Positions 22,201 to 30,716 of a stretch of 64,000 nt of DNA are shown here, piece by piece. Source of the DNA: an uncultured Candidatus Bathyarchaeia archaeon (lineage in GTDB: Archaea > Thermoproteota > Bathyarchaeia > Bathyarchaeales > Bathycorpusculaceae). Numbering within the stretch: position 1 is the stretch's first letter; each line of letters starts with the position of its first letter. The position numbers and the translations under genes were made by a program. The DNA is taken from assembly GCA_964450845.1 (NCBI GenBank), contig CAYVGZ010000001.1, positions 84,338-148,337 of the forward strand, in the 5' to 3' direction. The notes beneath the pieces were generated by a model that was given only the letters and a program-made list of their open reading frames with translations, did no database searches and was not told the origin of the DNA.

Positions 22201-22726
22201 TATCATTGATCCGTATAATAGAATTGATATAACATGGAATAATGGTTCAACAATTCCAGAGTATTCTAACACTATAACTACTGGCGTATATCCAAACCAT
22301 ACAACATGGGGCTATCCTATTATCTTGGATGATTCATCTACTGTGTACTGGGTTGAAACATTGTATTCTGGTTTCATTGACTTAAGGCCGTCGCATAAAG
22401 AAGATACTCTAGTTGATAGTCCTAATTGGACTGGCTGGCTTGCAGTCAATCATCCAAGCGATTACAGCTCATGGCTTAGTTCTAAATCTCAAAATAATGG
22501 TAATGGCGTATTAACAGTTAGAGAAACTATACCAAATAGAGGATTCTTGTTTTATAATACTGGAGAGAATTTACCATCGTTTTATTCAATCTCTTATAGA
22601 ACAGTTAAGAATATGGATGATTCTTATTCAAGGTTCTTATATAAAATTGAACTTGAAAGCGATGGGTCTAGAACAGTGGTTCCTAAAGTAAGGTCAATTA
22701 GATTCAGAGTGAACAGGATAGAATAA
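19235..22726 (+). CDS. Large virion structural protein
   Basis: 1163 aa; helical N-terminus (KFNSIIDDIDILF) then beta domains. Confidence 0.6.
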   Translation: MDYKINNLKDKVYQGFIRGEYGSPKIPSPNEVLEKIESFTDSSYTPITPRDRIKDMNYAAISGKFNSIIDDIDILFESIEDESRDVLDQLTDSLKEHNGVKRELRRIRSRANDIITRHLGEEYLEYNFTESFDDVENINVVYSDPIDTDGGVFTILSSSSNLLTLNHYRDKKLEFNVIEAFSKIEEYGYIGETNAASILSKGDPKSITYRIRTARPTRLRTVLAIQLLPDGKPIDINAVGISLDSSMTKGFLRLYYQRNFQWKDVPALSVQEIKGDNVVFSFPTVEATHIKLEFIKEFPDIPSTNEYFFTIYELAISKSSNRRTARLYSKPIIIEKYSTETPVVNNVSCVLDADIPDGCSVKVYVAQDTPLSGQFIDSNGVPVFSDSLEAVGFNPVATGFVYLSDMWARTGMSGLDPYRGFDFNWKELKPSIGTGDSVPEVIEFKNTTKHNMLDNSLFNVSDWYLFGDAAYTGLLPQYPEYGTIFVSGWCNSDNPQWAPFLSGAVASGWFVSGVDIAALLPPYPLPYDMIEDDQGNIYPDITGHPLYSGQWLGYGNGYPFNYYLEDQDRTLRFGDYTSAVNGWWRPLSVAVTPNGINPDYSSDGYLNHDRYGYSQPDFYFNGIKFYKIYKFGYTNNVIDSSIRLYSYETRPVSNSNDYYDHNFVWTYRSNWSIEAGTVLDLKDINHSSDPDFTNYVLTLPKLQSVGDEYIIDGISEVRLHNSSVVFEKNVDYIIIKDTLGKPTSISLAPLNENYNHLTPSDSSFDIVYNYRIKNKFVSTWTSYAIVSPNTMGDVVVKNPILYSTSTLKKRIVSKIVVEDLDKNTITEFFDSDGKITFRMDGSDSSTDRHFKVTIYCASDDNSGFVGKTTSSKATYFIPSELRGNIEVSKGVRFVAKLEAIKIVDLSTLLYDTPMSNDKRCALITEFNGEKYLVAKTPSKDIFPGYYFDSISGFYFTDTRVLIRNKSHFIRKTESATGSTTFTTGSSGTYIIDPYNRIDITWNNGSTIPEYSNTITTGVYPNHTTWGYPIILDDSSTVYWVETLYSGFIDLRPSHKEDTLVDSPNWTGWLAVNHPSDYSSWLSSKSQNNGNGVLTVRETIPNRGFLFYNTGENLPSFYSISYRTVKNMDDSYSRFLYKIELESDGSRTVVPKVRSIRFRVNRIE

Positions 22727-23031
22727 TGAGAAGAAATTATCCAATATCGTCACAAGAGTTAAATGATATTATACTTACAGCATATGGTGATTTATGTTAC
22801 CTATTGGGATATTCTGATTCAGATCATAATCGTTACTCTGGATTGTTTGAAGCAATAGAAGAATCAGGTATAGCATACTTAGCTACCACTTCAGGTATTC
22901 CTCATCTTGGAAACGTTGATTCAAAGTATCAGCTTGGGCTTAGCACAGATACTACTAGTGAGGTAATCATTAATTTTCTAAAATTTGATTATGTGTATCG
23001 AAAAGATCGTGGATATATAAGGGGAATTTAA
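22726..23031 (+). CDS. Small hypothetical virion-module protein
   Basis: 101 aa; TAATG coupling. Confidence 0.55.
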   Translation: MRRNYPISSQELNDIILTAYGDLCYLLGYSDSDHNRYSGLFEAIEESGIAYLATTSGIPHLGNVDSKYQLGLSTDTTSEVIINFLKFDYVYRKDRGYIRGI

Positions 23032-23032
23032 A

Positions 23033-24154
23033 ATGAGCAGACAGAAGTTACTGGCATATCCGTATATTGATGAGTTAAATTATAGAGATAAGATAGATCC
23101 CTATAAATTAAATTTAATGCTAAGGTCTATTGAAGAATCTGTTCTAAGGTCTATTCTTAGAGGATCTGAGTTAACGGACATGCTTAACAGGCTCAATCTT
23201 GGCGTTGAGACCTCGTATATGGCATTGTCCAAGCAGATGGGTACTTTGCTAAGCTATGATGCTCTTGGGCCCTCTGGTGCCTTCGCAACGGCCTTTGGTA
23301 GTGCTACAGGTGATTGTAACCAAGATAGAGTAGCAGGAATAGTAACTCTTAACTGGGATAAAGATAGGAAGTATACAAAGATTCCTCGATTTGATACTAA
23401 TGATGATAATGTTCCAGACACAGTTTCGCCTGCAGTATCAGTTTATGTTAATGGAGAAAAGAGAGCTGAAGATGATCCAGTATACAATGCGTTAAATCGT
23501 AGAAACGATTCATTCTGGGTTGAACAAACTGTTTTAACGTCTGGTACAATTGAAATCCTTCTTCCACCATCTATTAACAAACTATTTAATTATATAGAGA
23601 TTGCTCCATTTCCAGTATTTGGAATTGAAATAACAGAGGTTGCATATATGGATAGCCATAGTGATTGGCACGTTCTTTATGATCCAGATGCCTCTGCCTA
23701 TAAGTTTTATAATAATGCTGGTCCATTGGTTATGCATGTTGCTCCAAAGGAAACTAATGGCACTTTTAGAATTAAATGTAATATTGATCCAACTATTGGA
23801 GTGATTGGTTTTAGTAACATTGATATAGGCCTAATCGATTATAAAGATGAAACACAAACAGCCTATTTAAAATTTGAGAATGCGCCACTATCCGAACTTA
23901 TTCTTTCTACTGCAGAAATTGATTTCTATGTAGATGATGTTAAGATAGATAAATATATAGTTGAGTTAGCTATTACTAATTCAACAGATGGCTCAGGTGA
24001 TAGCGTTCCTATACGAGTACTAAATACTGATGTATATAGTTTTGGAACTGAAACTATAGATGCAACTAATGGGCTATGGCTTAAGGTTGTAATGAAAGAA
24101 TCAAATAGAACAAGCCCTGTAATTAGGGGTTGCAAGCTAGTATATGAGGTATAA
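23033..24154 (+). CDS. Virion structural protein
   Basis: 373 aa; helical N-terminus then beta region. Confidence 0.6.
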   Translation: MSRQKLLAYPYIDELNYRDKIDPYKLNLMLRSIEESVLRSILRGSELTDMLNRLNLGVETSYMALSKQMGTLLSYDALGPSGAFATAFGSATGDCNQDRVAGIVTLNWDKDRKYTKIPRFDTNDDNVPDTVSPAVSVYVNGEKRAEDDPVYNALNRRNDSFWVEQTVLTSGTIEILLPPSINKLFNYIEIAPFPVFGIEITEVAYMDSHSDWHVLYDPDASAYKFYNNAGPLVMHVAPKETNGTFRIKCNIDPTIGVIGFSNIDIGLIDYKDETQTAYLKFENAPLSELILSTAEIDFYVDDVKIDKYIVELAITNSTDGSGDSVPIRVLNTDVYSFGTETIDATNGLWLKVVMKESNRTSPVIRGCKLVYEV

Positions 24155-24156
24155 CG

Positions 24157-24522
24157 ATGGCAACAAAAAGTAATGAACAACTTACAATCGAATTACAGCA
24201 ACTAAAGACACAGGTTATAACTATACAGTCTATGCTTGCTGAGTTAAAACAGGATGTCAATTCTAGGACCAGACTATCGGATCTTTCTAGGATGTCTCAG
24301 GATCTAGATGATCAGATAAAGGGTAACTCTGAGCTTATATCTAATATAGAACAGAAGCTTGCTAAGATATCTCTTCCAGATGATACTAGATATTACTTAG
24401 AAGAGACAGAGGTTGCTGACTTCAGATCAAACTTCAATAAGTTACTAGCTATGATGGCTAGTTTTGACCAACTATATAAAAACTTAGTTGCGTATTCGGT
24501 TAATAATGTAACAAATGAATAA
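24157..24522 (+). CDS. Coiled-coil hypothetical protein
   Basis: Heptad pattern (IELQQLKTQVITIQSMLAELKQDV); GAGG SD; last gene of the + block. Confidence 0.65.
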   Translation: MATKSNEQLTIELQQLKTQVITIQSMLAELKQDVNSRTRLSDLSRMSQDLDDQIKGNSELISNIEQKLAKISLPDDTRYYLEETEVADFRSNFNKLLAMMASFDQLYKNLVAYSVNNVTNE

Positions 24523-24551
24523 AAGAAATGGCCCGAAAGGGCCCACTCTTA
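24521..24551. terminator. Probable bidirectional intrinsic terminator between convergent blocks
   Basis: GGCCC-GAAA-GGGCC hairpin (24530-24543) with an A-rich left flank and T-containing right flank, at the strand switch. Confidence 0.7.
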
Positions 24552-24559
24552 TTGTGTTA

Positions 24560-24862
24560 CTATATTTTATCTTGAATCATTTGCACTAATACAACAATAA
24601 TTTTTTGTAACATATCATTATATCTATCTGGTAATATAAGCAATGTTGTATCAGCTTTTTCTAGCGGAAGCTGTTTAAACGCAGTGTCTAATAGCATTAG
24701 CTCTAGCTTAGACAGACCAGCAATAGGAAGGCCCGCCAGAGATACTCCTTCTCTCTTAGCAAGCCTTACTAATGCTTCTGTTTCTTGTATTAGAGCTTTT
24801 CTTATTCTTGACTCTGTTGCTGTTGTTGTGGAGCTCTTGGATTCGGAATGTAATACTGGCAC
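24560..24862 (-). CDS. Hypothetical protein, start uncertain
   Basis: Protein-like from about IRKAL; ends in tandem TAG TAA; an ATA at 24805 overlaps the upstream TAA where an ATGA coupling would be expected. Confidence 0.45.
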   Translation of the reverse strand: MPVLHSESKSSTTTATESRIRKALIQETEALVRLAKREGVSLAGLPIAGLSKLELMLLDTAFKQLPLEKADTTLLILPDRYNDMLQKIIVVLVQMIQDKI

Positions 24863-25053
24863 TCTTCTACTCCTACTGCTATTCCTATTTTTGATATTCC
24901 AATAAACGTAGGTAATACTGAACAGATTACATTGTTCTTACAATACGCACATTTACGAGGAACCATTATTTCCTCGTTGTCTCCTGTTTCCACTTCAGTC
25001 ACAGCGTTATTTCTATCTAGCATATCAACAATGCTGTCCAGTGTATCATTCAT
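24802..25053 (-). CDS. Small Cys-containing hypothetical protein
   Basis: CAYC...C...C pattern; ATG directly follows the ClpP stop. Confidence 0.6.
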   Translation of the reverse strand: MNDTLDSIVDMLDRNNAVTEVETGDNEEIMVPRKCAYCKNNVICSVLPTFIGISKIGIAVGVEECQYYIPNPRAPQQQQQSQE

Positions 25054-25629
25054 TTACTTTTCGTCCGATTCTTCTTGTGTGATCACGTTAAACTTGACCA
25101 ACTCAGTAGGAGTAAGATATCTATTTTTCTTCAATAGATTTTTTACTCTTGTAGGTGAAATACCTAAGCGCTTTGCTGTAAAATTAACATACATTTCGTA
25201 TACTGCTTTCGCATCTTTTCTTTCTTTCATAGTATCACTATATGAGCTTTCACCTGTAGTTGTAATATGTTCGTGTACAAATATCTTACAACTTGGGAAT
25301 AGCACTCTAAGGTCTCCAATTAGGAATAAGAAGAAACCTGCAGATGCGCATTCACCTAAACCAAACGTAGAGACGTGAACGTCAAATGTATCTCTTATAA
25401 ATTGTATAGCGTCTATTATAGCAAAGCAATCTTTTAGATATCCACCTTCTGATGCTATGTAGATACTTAGATTATTTATCTTTTCCTTCTGCCAGTCTGT
25501 TTCAAATAGAGCTTTGATAACATCTCTTGAAACTTCTTCATTAATCTCTCCGATGATATATAGCTGCTTGGTCTTTATATCTCCGTCTTCGATTACCGTA
25601 GTATCTTCATTAGTTCTTTCTTCTGCCAT
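25054..25629 (-). CDS. clpP: ClpP-family protease subunit
   Basis: YIIGEI, IASEGG, GECASAG (Ser nucleophile), IFVHE (His); the triad Asp position reads KKNRYL versus canonical ERDRFM/L. Confidence 0.8.
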   Translation of the reverse strand: MAEERTNEDTTVIEDGDIKTKQLYIIGEINEEVSRDVIKALFETDWQKEKINNLSIYIASEGGYLKDCFAIIDAIQFIRDTFDVHVSTFGLGECASAGFFLFLIGDLRVLFPSCKIFVHEHITTTGESSYSDTMKERKDAKAVYEMYVNFTAKRLGISPTRVKNLLKKNRYLTPTELVKFNVITQEESDEK

Positions 25630-25637
25630 AGTGCCCC

Positions 25638-25916
25638 CTATTGTTTAGCTTTTTCTTGAAACTTTTTTATTGATAGATATACATAACAACTACACTTCTT
25701 ACAAACATTGTTATCTATGGCCCTTGGCCAATCCTCCTTGTCCATTATGCGGGCACAACATAATGATGAAATAGATTCATTTAAGACGGGACATTTAATC
25801 TTACCTTGAAGATCTAGTTTAACCCACTTATCGTCTTTGTTTTTAACAAACCATTCATTATAATGAATTTCTAATCTTTTATCGTATATAGATTGAACTA
25901 TTGGTTTCGGATTCAT
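25638..25916 (-). CDS. Small Cys-rich hypothetical protein
   Basis: 92 aa with CP..CC..C..CxC; GGAG SD. Confidence 0.6.
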   Translation of the reverse strand: MNPKPIVQSIYDKRLEIHYNEWFVKNKDDKWVKLDLQGKIKCPVLNESISSLCCARIMDKEDWPRAIDNNVCKKCSCYVYLSIKKFQEKAKQ

Positions 25917-25953
25917 AGATGATGCTCCTTGGAAAAAGTGTCGAAACCCATAT

Positions 25954-27102
25954 TTAATATAGCTTTATAATCTTCTCAGCGGCTTTCTGCCAGCTGAAAT
26001 TTGTTGTAGCATAAGAACTTAGTTCTTCAGACTTTGTTTCATACTTAACTTTATTTTCTTCTACATATTTAATCTTGTCTGCTATATCTTGTGTATTAAA
26101 TACTGACCATTCTCCTTGTTCTCCCTTAAACCATACTCCATCGTTTGCCACTTCTGTTCCAGTTGGAAATACGATAAGTTCGTTTTGAATGGCTGGAGGA
26201 TTGTTTTGTGATGAAAGTTGTTCACCATGACCAAGGCATATCGTAGATATAACAGGAAGGCCGCAGGCCATCATCTCAGTTAAAGGAAGATCCCAACCTT
26301 CTCCCCTACTACATTGTATTCCTACATTAGCAGAGTGATATAGAGTTGGTAATTCTGGAGTCTGAAACACTGGAGCGGTGAAATATATATCAGCTTTTCC
26401 GCTAGTAAACTTATGCCATTTACCATGCCAACCAACATACTTAAATCCATGAGCTTGAGGATCAACACCTGTCCAGCATACAAGATTCTTAAAAGGATGT
26501 TCTTTGGTCTTATTAATAAATGGATTGAACGTATGAGCTATGAGGGCCACTTCTTTGTCGGCCATAGTAGTCATGAATGTCTTAAGAATCTCATCGGTAT
26601 TCTTTCTGACCTCACGTTTGCCAGCAGTTATAAAGGTAAACTTTTTAGTATCTATGGCCTTATCACACGGAATAGTGTTAAACACGCAGTCGTCGACGCC
26701 TTCATTAACAATATGAATTGGCTTAGCTATTTCATTTTCTAATAGAAGGTTTCTATGCGCATCTGTTGTAGTTAAGACTATATCAGCTGGGCCATTGTTT
26801 AGTATCTGCTTCGAGATTGGCTTAAGCTTACTTGTCTCAAACACAGAGAAGGTTATAAGAGGTTTGCCGCTAGCTTGATAGCTATACTCATCATGAAAGA
26901 TGAACAGGGAAGGATTTTTAGCATCAAACTTTAATATATTAGCATCAGCAGCTTTCCAGTATGGTTCAAAGTATGGATCATTCTGGACCTGTCCAAGTTT
27001 TGTTAATGTCAGATCTTGGCCTAAGTCTGTCAAAGCCTTAATAAGATTGTTAGCATGTATTCCATAACCTAGTAAGTTAATTGGAGCAAATATGTTTAAC
27101 AT
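25954..27102 (-). CDS. GT4-like (GT-B) glycosyltransferase
   Basis: GYG at N-terminus, GKREVRKN, SRGEGWDLPLTEMMACGLPVI (Ex7E motif). Confidence 0.85.
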   Translation of the reverse strand: MLNIFAPINLLGYGIHANNLIKALTDLGQDLTLTKLGQVQNDPYFEPYWKAADANILKFDAKNPSLFIFHDEYSYQASGKPLITFSVFETSKLKPISKQILNNGPADIVLTTTDAHRNLLLENEIAKPIHIVNEGVDDCVFNTIPCDKAIDTKKFTFITAGKREVRKNTDEILKTFMTTMADKEVALIAHTFNPFINKTKEHPFKNLVCWTGVDPQAHGFKYVGWHGKWHKFTSGKADIYFTAPVFQTPELPTLYHSANVGIQCSRGEGWDLPLTEMMACGLPVISTICLGHGEQLSSQNNPPAIQNELIVFPTGTEVANDGVWFKGEQGEWSVFNTQDIADKIKYVEENKVKYETKSEELSSYATTNFSWQKAAEKIIKLY

Positions 27103-27169
27103 AGATATATCCTTATCTAAATTCGTCTGAATTGTTTCCGTTGATTTTAATTTGATTTAGTAATAATAG

Positions 27170-27646
27170 TCACACTATTTCGTTATGTTCTTCCTCAGAC
27201 ATTCCGATTTTCTTATAATGCCATTCACAAAACACTTTCTTAATCAGTTTAAAGTTTGGAGATCTAACTAGTTTTCTAAAGAGGTCATACTCTTTACCTT
27301 CAATATCTACTTTTAGTATAATCTCATCAGTCTGATTAAATCTATTAATATATTCTGAAAAATCTATTTCTTCAACTTCGATAAATTCGCTTGATACTGT
27401 TATTTTAGTACTTATTAATGCGTGGTCCATCGCTCCTGTAGGACATATATAGAGATTAGTTGTCCCATTTTTGTCTGAAGCAGCAGCATTATGACATATA
27501 ACTCTTTTTGGTACATTGTGTTGTAGGTCTTTAAATGTTACTGGATCTGGTTCAAAAGCAATAAAGGCATCTACGTCGGCATATCGTTTAATTGCCTTGT
27601 TAATGGTATCTCCATTATAAGCACCTAAGTCTATAAATATCTTCAT
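27170..27646 (-). CDS. FkbM-family methyltransferase
   Basis: FIDLGAYNGDT, AFEPDP, ILKVDIEGKEY, EWH; the frame stays open for 18 more codons after the TGA, to a TAA at 27113. Confidence 0.85.
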   Translation of the reverse strand: MKIFIDLGAYNGDTINKAIKRYADVDAFIAFEPDPVTFKDLQHNVPKRVICHNAAASDKNGTTNLYICPTGAMDHALISTKITVSSEFIEVEEIDFSEYINRFNQTDEIILKVDIEGKEYDLFRKLVRSPNFKLIKKVFCEWHYKKIGMSEEEHNEIV

Positions 27647-27683
27647 AGTCTACCTTAGTATATTATTTTAGTATATTATTTTG

Positions 27684-28442
27684 TTATTTAATTTCTCTTT
27701 CATATTGCTTCCATAGATCAAACATCTGCATAAATTTAGGTGCACACTTTGGGAAATCGTCTTTATAAACTGGTCTATTTACAACATTTACCCATCCACT
27801 TTTATAATGAACAATCTTTGCTTAATCTGGATTTGTCCAGTCATCATGGAGATTATATATTCTCCAAGGAACCTCAATTATATTTAATGTGCTCTTTTTT
27901 CTCATCATACAAAAGGTATATTGATCAGCAGCTCCGTGGCTTCTCATTATACTTTGATGTGCTATTTTGTTTTTCATAAATTGTTCTAGATATAGATACC
28001 ATGAATTTGCAAAGTCCAATAGATGTTGACTCGGTCTTACTGCTAGGAATCCTAGATTCACTGCTCCGCCACGTCCAGCAGTGCATGCTATATCGAACTC
28101 TAGGTCAAATACATCTACAGGATCTTTATTAACCAAAGTGTCTGCATCTAAAATTATTGTCGGTTCTTTTGCTTGTTTAATTATTTCTAGCCAGCTTTGC
28201 ACTTTTTCTGACGAGGATTCTACTTTTCCAGTTAAAGTTGTCTTAGGTATAGATATAAAGTTGGCGTCAATTGTTTCTTTAACCTCTTTGCTTAGATCAC
28301 ATTCATATATATTTAATACATTTCCAGTATTCTTTTTTACACTATATGCTAGCACTCTTAGCATGTTTGAATATAATGAGTATTTAGCTCTATAGCCTTT
28401 TGAATAGAACACACTAGTTGCTATCTTATATGAAATTGACAT
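27684..28442 (-). pseudogene. GT-A (DxD) nucleotide-sugar transferase interrupted by a premature TAA at 27822-27824
   Basis: ILDADT, NLGF..V, DQ, YN motifs; after the TAA the same frame continues AKIVHYK... for 45 aa to a TAA at 27684. Confidence 0.7.
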
Positions 28443-29496
28443 GCGTTTCTTCTTTGTTTAATAGTTTAAGTATAAACTTGTTATGATATTCGTATAAGCA
28501 ATGATAGCCACATCTAACAGTCGGATCAAATTCTCTGAATAGCTTCTTTTTCCTATCTGAATCCCATATATCTTTTAGACCTTCATCTTTAAGGTTTCCA
28601 ATTAGACCGTTTTTGTTAAAGGCTAAAGAGCAGCAAGTAAATACGGAACAGTCTCCCCCAACTACACATAGTACTTCTTTCATTCCGCAGAACTTGTACT
28701 CCTGCTTTCCTATTTTCATATTATTAATTCGTTCTGGGAGTCTGTCATGTATAGTAAAGCCACTATCTTCTAGTTCTTTTTTTGCTTCAGCTACTTTGTC
28801 TTCAGCTTTTTCTAATACACCTTCATTAAAATGAGCTATACCTTCTGGATGAAATGTTGCGCCTATTCTTACATTATCTGCGCCGTTATCCTTTGCAAGT
28901 CTACATAGCTTAACTAGCTCGTCTTCATTTCCGTTCTCTATTACAAAACCTACGCCTAATTTAAAGTCTGGCTTTTTTGAATATTGTTTAAGTAGGGAAA
29001 CAGCTTCCAACGCCTTAGCAAAGTCTGCCTTATTAGTCTTTCTTAGTTTTGAGTATGTCTCTTCTATTCCTGCATCGATTGATATTCGGGCCCAGGTTAA
29101 GTGTGGACCTATTAGCTGTGCTAGGTCAGCATCTAGCTTTACTCCATTTGTTACTAGTCCAATATCAAATCCATGTTTGATTATACGTTCAAACATTTTT
29201 ATTCTATACGGATAAAGTAAAGGTTCTCCGCCACCTGTAATTTCTACAGCTTTTCCACCCATTAGCTTAAAATCATCAAGAAGCTTAATCATTATATCTT
29301 CAGGTATATAAGAGATTTTGTCAAATAGCTCTGTATTCTTGTTTTCGAATAGTCTAAAGCTACAAAATACACAGTTATGATTGCATCTGTTATCAGGCAT
29401 TAAATGAAGTTGTATTGGGTATGGCTGCTCTCCATTTTTCATTGCCACCAAAAGCTCTGGGTGATATATGATCTTGTTTGTAGAGTATATACTCAT
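28426..29496 (-). CDS. Radical SAM protein with SPASM/twitch-like C-terminus
   Basis: CNHNCVFC, ITGGGEP, VTNG, ARISID; C-terminal Cys cluster; start moved to the ATGA overlap at 29496. Confidence 0.85.
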   Translation of the reverse strand: MSIYSTNKIIYHPELLVAMKNGEQPYPIQLHLMPDNRCNHNCVFCSFRLFENKNTELFDKISYIPEDIMIKLLDDFKLMGGKAVEITGGGEPLLYPYRIKMFERIIKHGFDIGLVTNGVKLDADLAQLIGPHLTWARISIDAGIEETYSKLRKTNKADFAKALEAVSLLKQYSKKPDFKLGVGFVIENGNEDELVKLCRLAKDNGADNVRIGATFHPEGIAHFNEGVLEKAEDKVAEAKKELEDSGFTIHDRLPERINNMKIGKQEYKFCGMKEVLCVVGGDCSVFTCCSLAFNKNGLIGNLKDEGLKDIWDSDRKKKLFREFDPTVRCGYHCLYEYHNKFILKLLNKEETHVNFI

Positions 29497-30716
29497 CCTT
29501 TGTTGATCCTTGTATGCTGGTTTAACCACTCTTTAAATTCTTTAGTCTCTTCGTGAAACTCTTCAATACTTCTATCCTTTAGTTTAAATATTTGTAGTAA
29601 AGGAATCTCTCCATTTGAATCAAAAAATCCATAATTATATAATTTTAAGTCTTTTGTTAGTATTTCTACGTTATATTTGTCAGGATTATGCCATACATCA
29701 CATCCAGGTATTGGTATAAAATTCGTGCAGGCTACAAGTTTGTGAGGCACCTGAGTAAGCCAGTATCTATTCTTAGCCATTGTCTCTTTAGTTTGGCCTG
29801 GAGTTCTTATCATTAAGAGTAGTCTAGCATCTATTCCTACTTTATCTAGCAACCATAAAGCATTAACATTATCTGCTACAGTTGTATTCTTTCGAAGAGT
29901 TTTTAGTACTATGTCATCAAAGCTTTCTATTCCAATAGCTGCTTCGCTGCATCCTGCATCCTTCGCGGCCCTTAGCATATCAATATCAAGAGGCTTAGCT
30001 CTTATATTAATTCTAAATTTTACTCCTAGTTTCCCTATCTGATTACATAGTTCTATCATTCTAGACTTGTTGGCAGTAAACATATCATCATGAATAACTA
30101 GTTCTTTAGATTCAAACATAGATATCTCATCTAGTATATTAGAAATAGATCTGTATCTCATTTTGTTATTTGCTAACTTGGGCGAGGCGCAGAAAGAGCA
30201 GCTAAATGGGCATCCTCTGCTTGTTATAATAGATAGAGTTGAAAAGTTAGATTTTACTAGGTGTCTTGCTGGGATTGGAATTTTATCTAAATCTGTTAGA
30301 GTAGGAGTTCTGTATATTTTTTCTAATGATCCTCTTTTAAAGTCATTAGATATAGCTTCTGCAGCTGGTTCTCCTTCTCCTTGAACCAAAGAATCAATAT
30401 TCGACATGTCTATAAGTTCAGGAGTAGCCGTGCCTGGGCCTCCTAATATTATTTTAGATTCAGGAAATCTTTTTTTAATATCAGTGGCAAATCGAGAAGC
30501 TTCTGCTACTTCAAGACTAGTTATTGTAATGCCGTATAGATCTGACTTTGATAATTGACCTAATGCATTCTCGTGAGTGTCTCCAGAGAAGTTCTTAACC
30601 TCAACTTCTGCTCCTACTTTCTCAAAAGCTGCAGCCACATATAATAATCCGAGAGGAGCCATCATATTTGGCCTAACAAGATTAGGATGCGGTAGATATA
30701 TTAGGCTTATCTTCAT
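29493..30716 (-). CDS. Cobalamin-binding (class B-like) radical SAM protein
   Basis: N-terminal PLGLLYVAA...ILGGP...QGEGE B12-binding-type domain; TSRGCPFSCSFC; IGIES. Confidence 0.85.
   Translation of the reverse strand: MKISLIYLPHPNLVRPNMMAPLGLLYVAAAFEKVGAEVEVKNFSGDTHENALGQLSKSDLYGITITSLEVAEASRFATDIKKRFPESKIILGGPGTATPELIDMSNIDSLVQGEGEPAAEAISNDFKRGSLEKIYRTPTLTDLDKIPIPARHLVKSNFSTLSIITSRGCPFSCSFCASPKLANNKMRYRSISNILDEISMFESKELVIHDDMFTANKSRMIELCNQIGKLGVKFRINIRAKPLDIDMLRAAKDAGCSEAAIGIESFDDIVLKTLRKNTTVADNVNALWLLDKVGIDARLLLMIRTPGQTKETMAKNRYWLTQVPHKLVACTNFIPIPGCDVWHNPDKYNVEILTKDLKLYNYGFFDSNGEIPLLQIFKLKDRSIEEFHEETKEFKEWLNQHTRINKG

Noticed and set aside
25054-25629. ClpP as the capsid prohead protease
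   Set aside because: It is on the opposite strand from the virion block, with no portal or capsid gene beside it; not excluded but unsupported.
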